Source: Bdellovibrionia bacterium (GTDB lineage: Bacteria > Bdellovibrionota > Bdellovibrionia > Bdellovibrionales > JAUICD01). Taken from it: 64,000 nucleotides of DNA. Positions 63,882 to 64,000 of this stretch are shown here, piece by piece. Every line of letters starts with the position of its first letter. Position 1 is the stretch's first letter. The notes under the pieces were generated by a model. It saw only the letters and a list, made by a program, of their open reading frames with translations, was not told the DNA's origin and searched no databases. The translations under genes and the position numbers were made by a program. Location: NCBI GenBank assembly GCA_030427965.1, contig JAUICD010000009.1, positions 10,551 to 74,550 on the forward strand, read 5' to 3'.

Positions 63882-64000
63882 TTACTCTGAAAGAGTTATT
63901 TCAAAATCTCCACGATCATCCATAATCCATGTATCAGTTAAAATATCACTTCCAGGGAACCATGTGTTGTCTCTTACTAAGCGCACTCCAAATCCTTTGT
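63882..64000 (-). CDS. 3' end of a gene truncated by the window edge; possibly FGE/SUMF1-like
   Basis: The minus-strand frame reads ...KGFGVRLVRDNTWFPGSDILTDTWIMDDRGDFEITLSE*. GFGVRLVR resembles the C-terminal GFR..R motif of formylglycine-generating-enzyme domains. Only 38 codons are visible. Confidence 0.35.
   Translation of the reverse strand, partial: KGFGVRLVRDNTWFPGSDILTDTWIMDDRGDFEITLSE

Overview
AT-rich bacterial chromosomal window. The gene content and the many orphan secreted proteins and lipoproteins suggest a Bdellovibrio-like predatory lineage, but that is inference only. All calls come from reading the sequence and ORF translations; no database searches were run.

Conserved blocks, in order:
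- A truncated OMP-like gene.
- An Opp/Dpp-type peptide ABC importer (binding protein plus two permeases, no ATPase genes).
- The prs-rplY-pth-ychF cluster.
- A membrane glycosylation-like module: a large polytopic GT-C-like protein, a coupled exported protein and a GT2 polyprenyl-phosphate glycosyltransferase.
- An exported NADAR protein, an FMN reductase, and a small Cys-rich DUF2282/bufferin-like exported peptide.
- LysR divergent from an APC permease, a TolB-like/Kelch protein, and csbD.
- A Thr-rich lipoprotein and an M1 aminopeptidase.
- An accessory stretch next to tRNA-Gln(UUG): orphan secreted proteins and toxin-antitoxin debris.
- spoVG, an exported CX5R phosphatase and a redoxin.
- A divergent two-operon kynurenine / 3-hydroxyanthranilate catabolic cluster.
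- A Rieske oxygenase-HtrA-DUF1844-HtpX operon.
- A MoxR-DUF58-BatA-BatB/C-BatD operon translationally coupled to a GT-C-type membrane glycosyltransferase, followed by a YYY-type membrane protein.
- Two lytic transglycosylases, two tandem paralogous secreted proteins, and a partial FGE-like gene at the right edge.

Observations most worth a second look:
1. A perfect 45-bp direct repeat overlaps the 3' end of tRNA-Gln and brackets a 2.4-kb integrase-less cassette.
2. A frameshifted killer-type toxin sits with an intact antitoxin, a relic antitoxin fragment and a palindromic operator.
3. A palindromic intergenic element is present at two convergent gene junctions, and one copy carries a nested second palindromic element flanked by a TTTGA duplication.
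4. An SD-sequestering hairpin lies in front of the TTG-initiated GT2 gene.
5. A bufferin-like precursor has no maturation genes nearby.
6. The Bat operon is fused to GT-C-like genes.

No CRISPR array, rRNA gene, integrase or transposase gene was seen.
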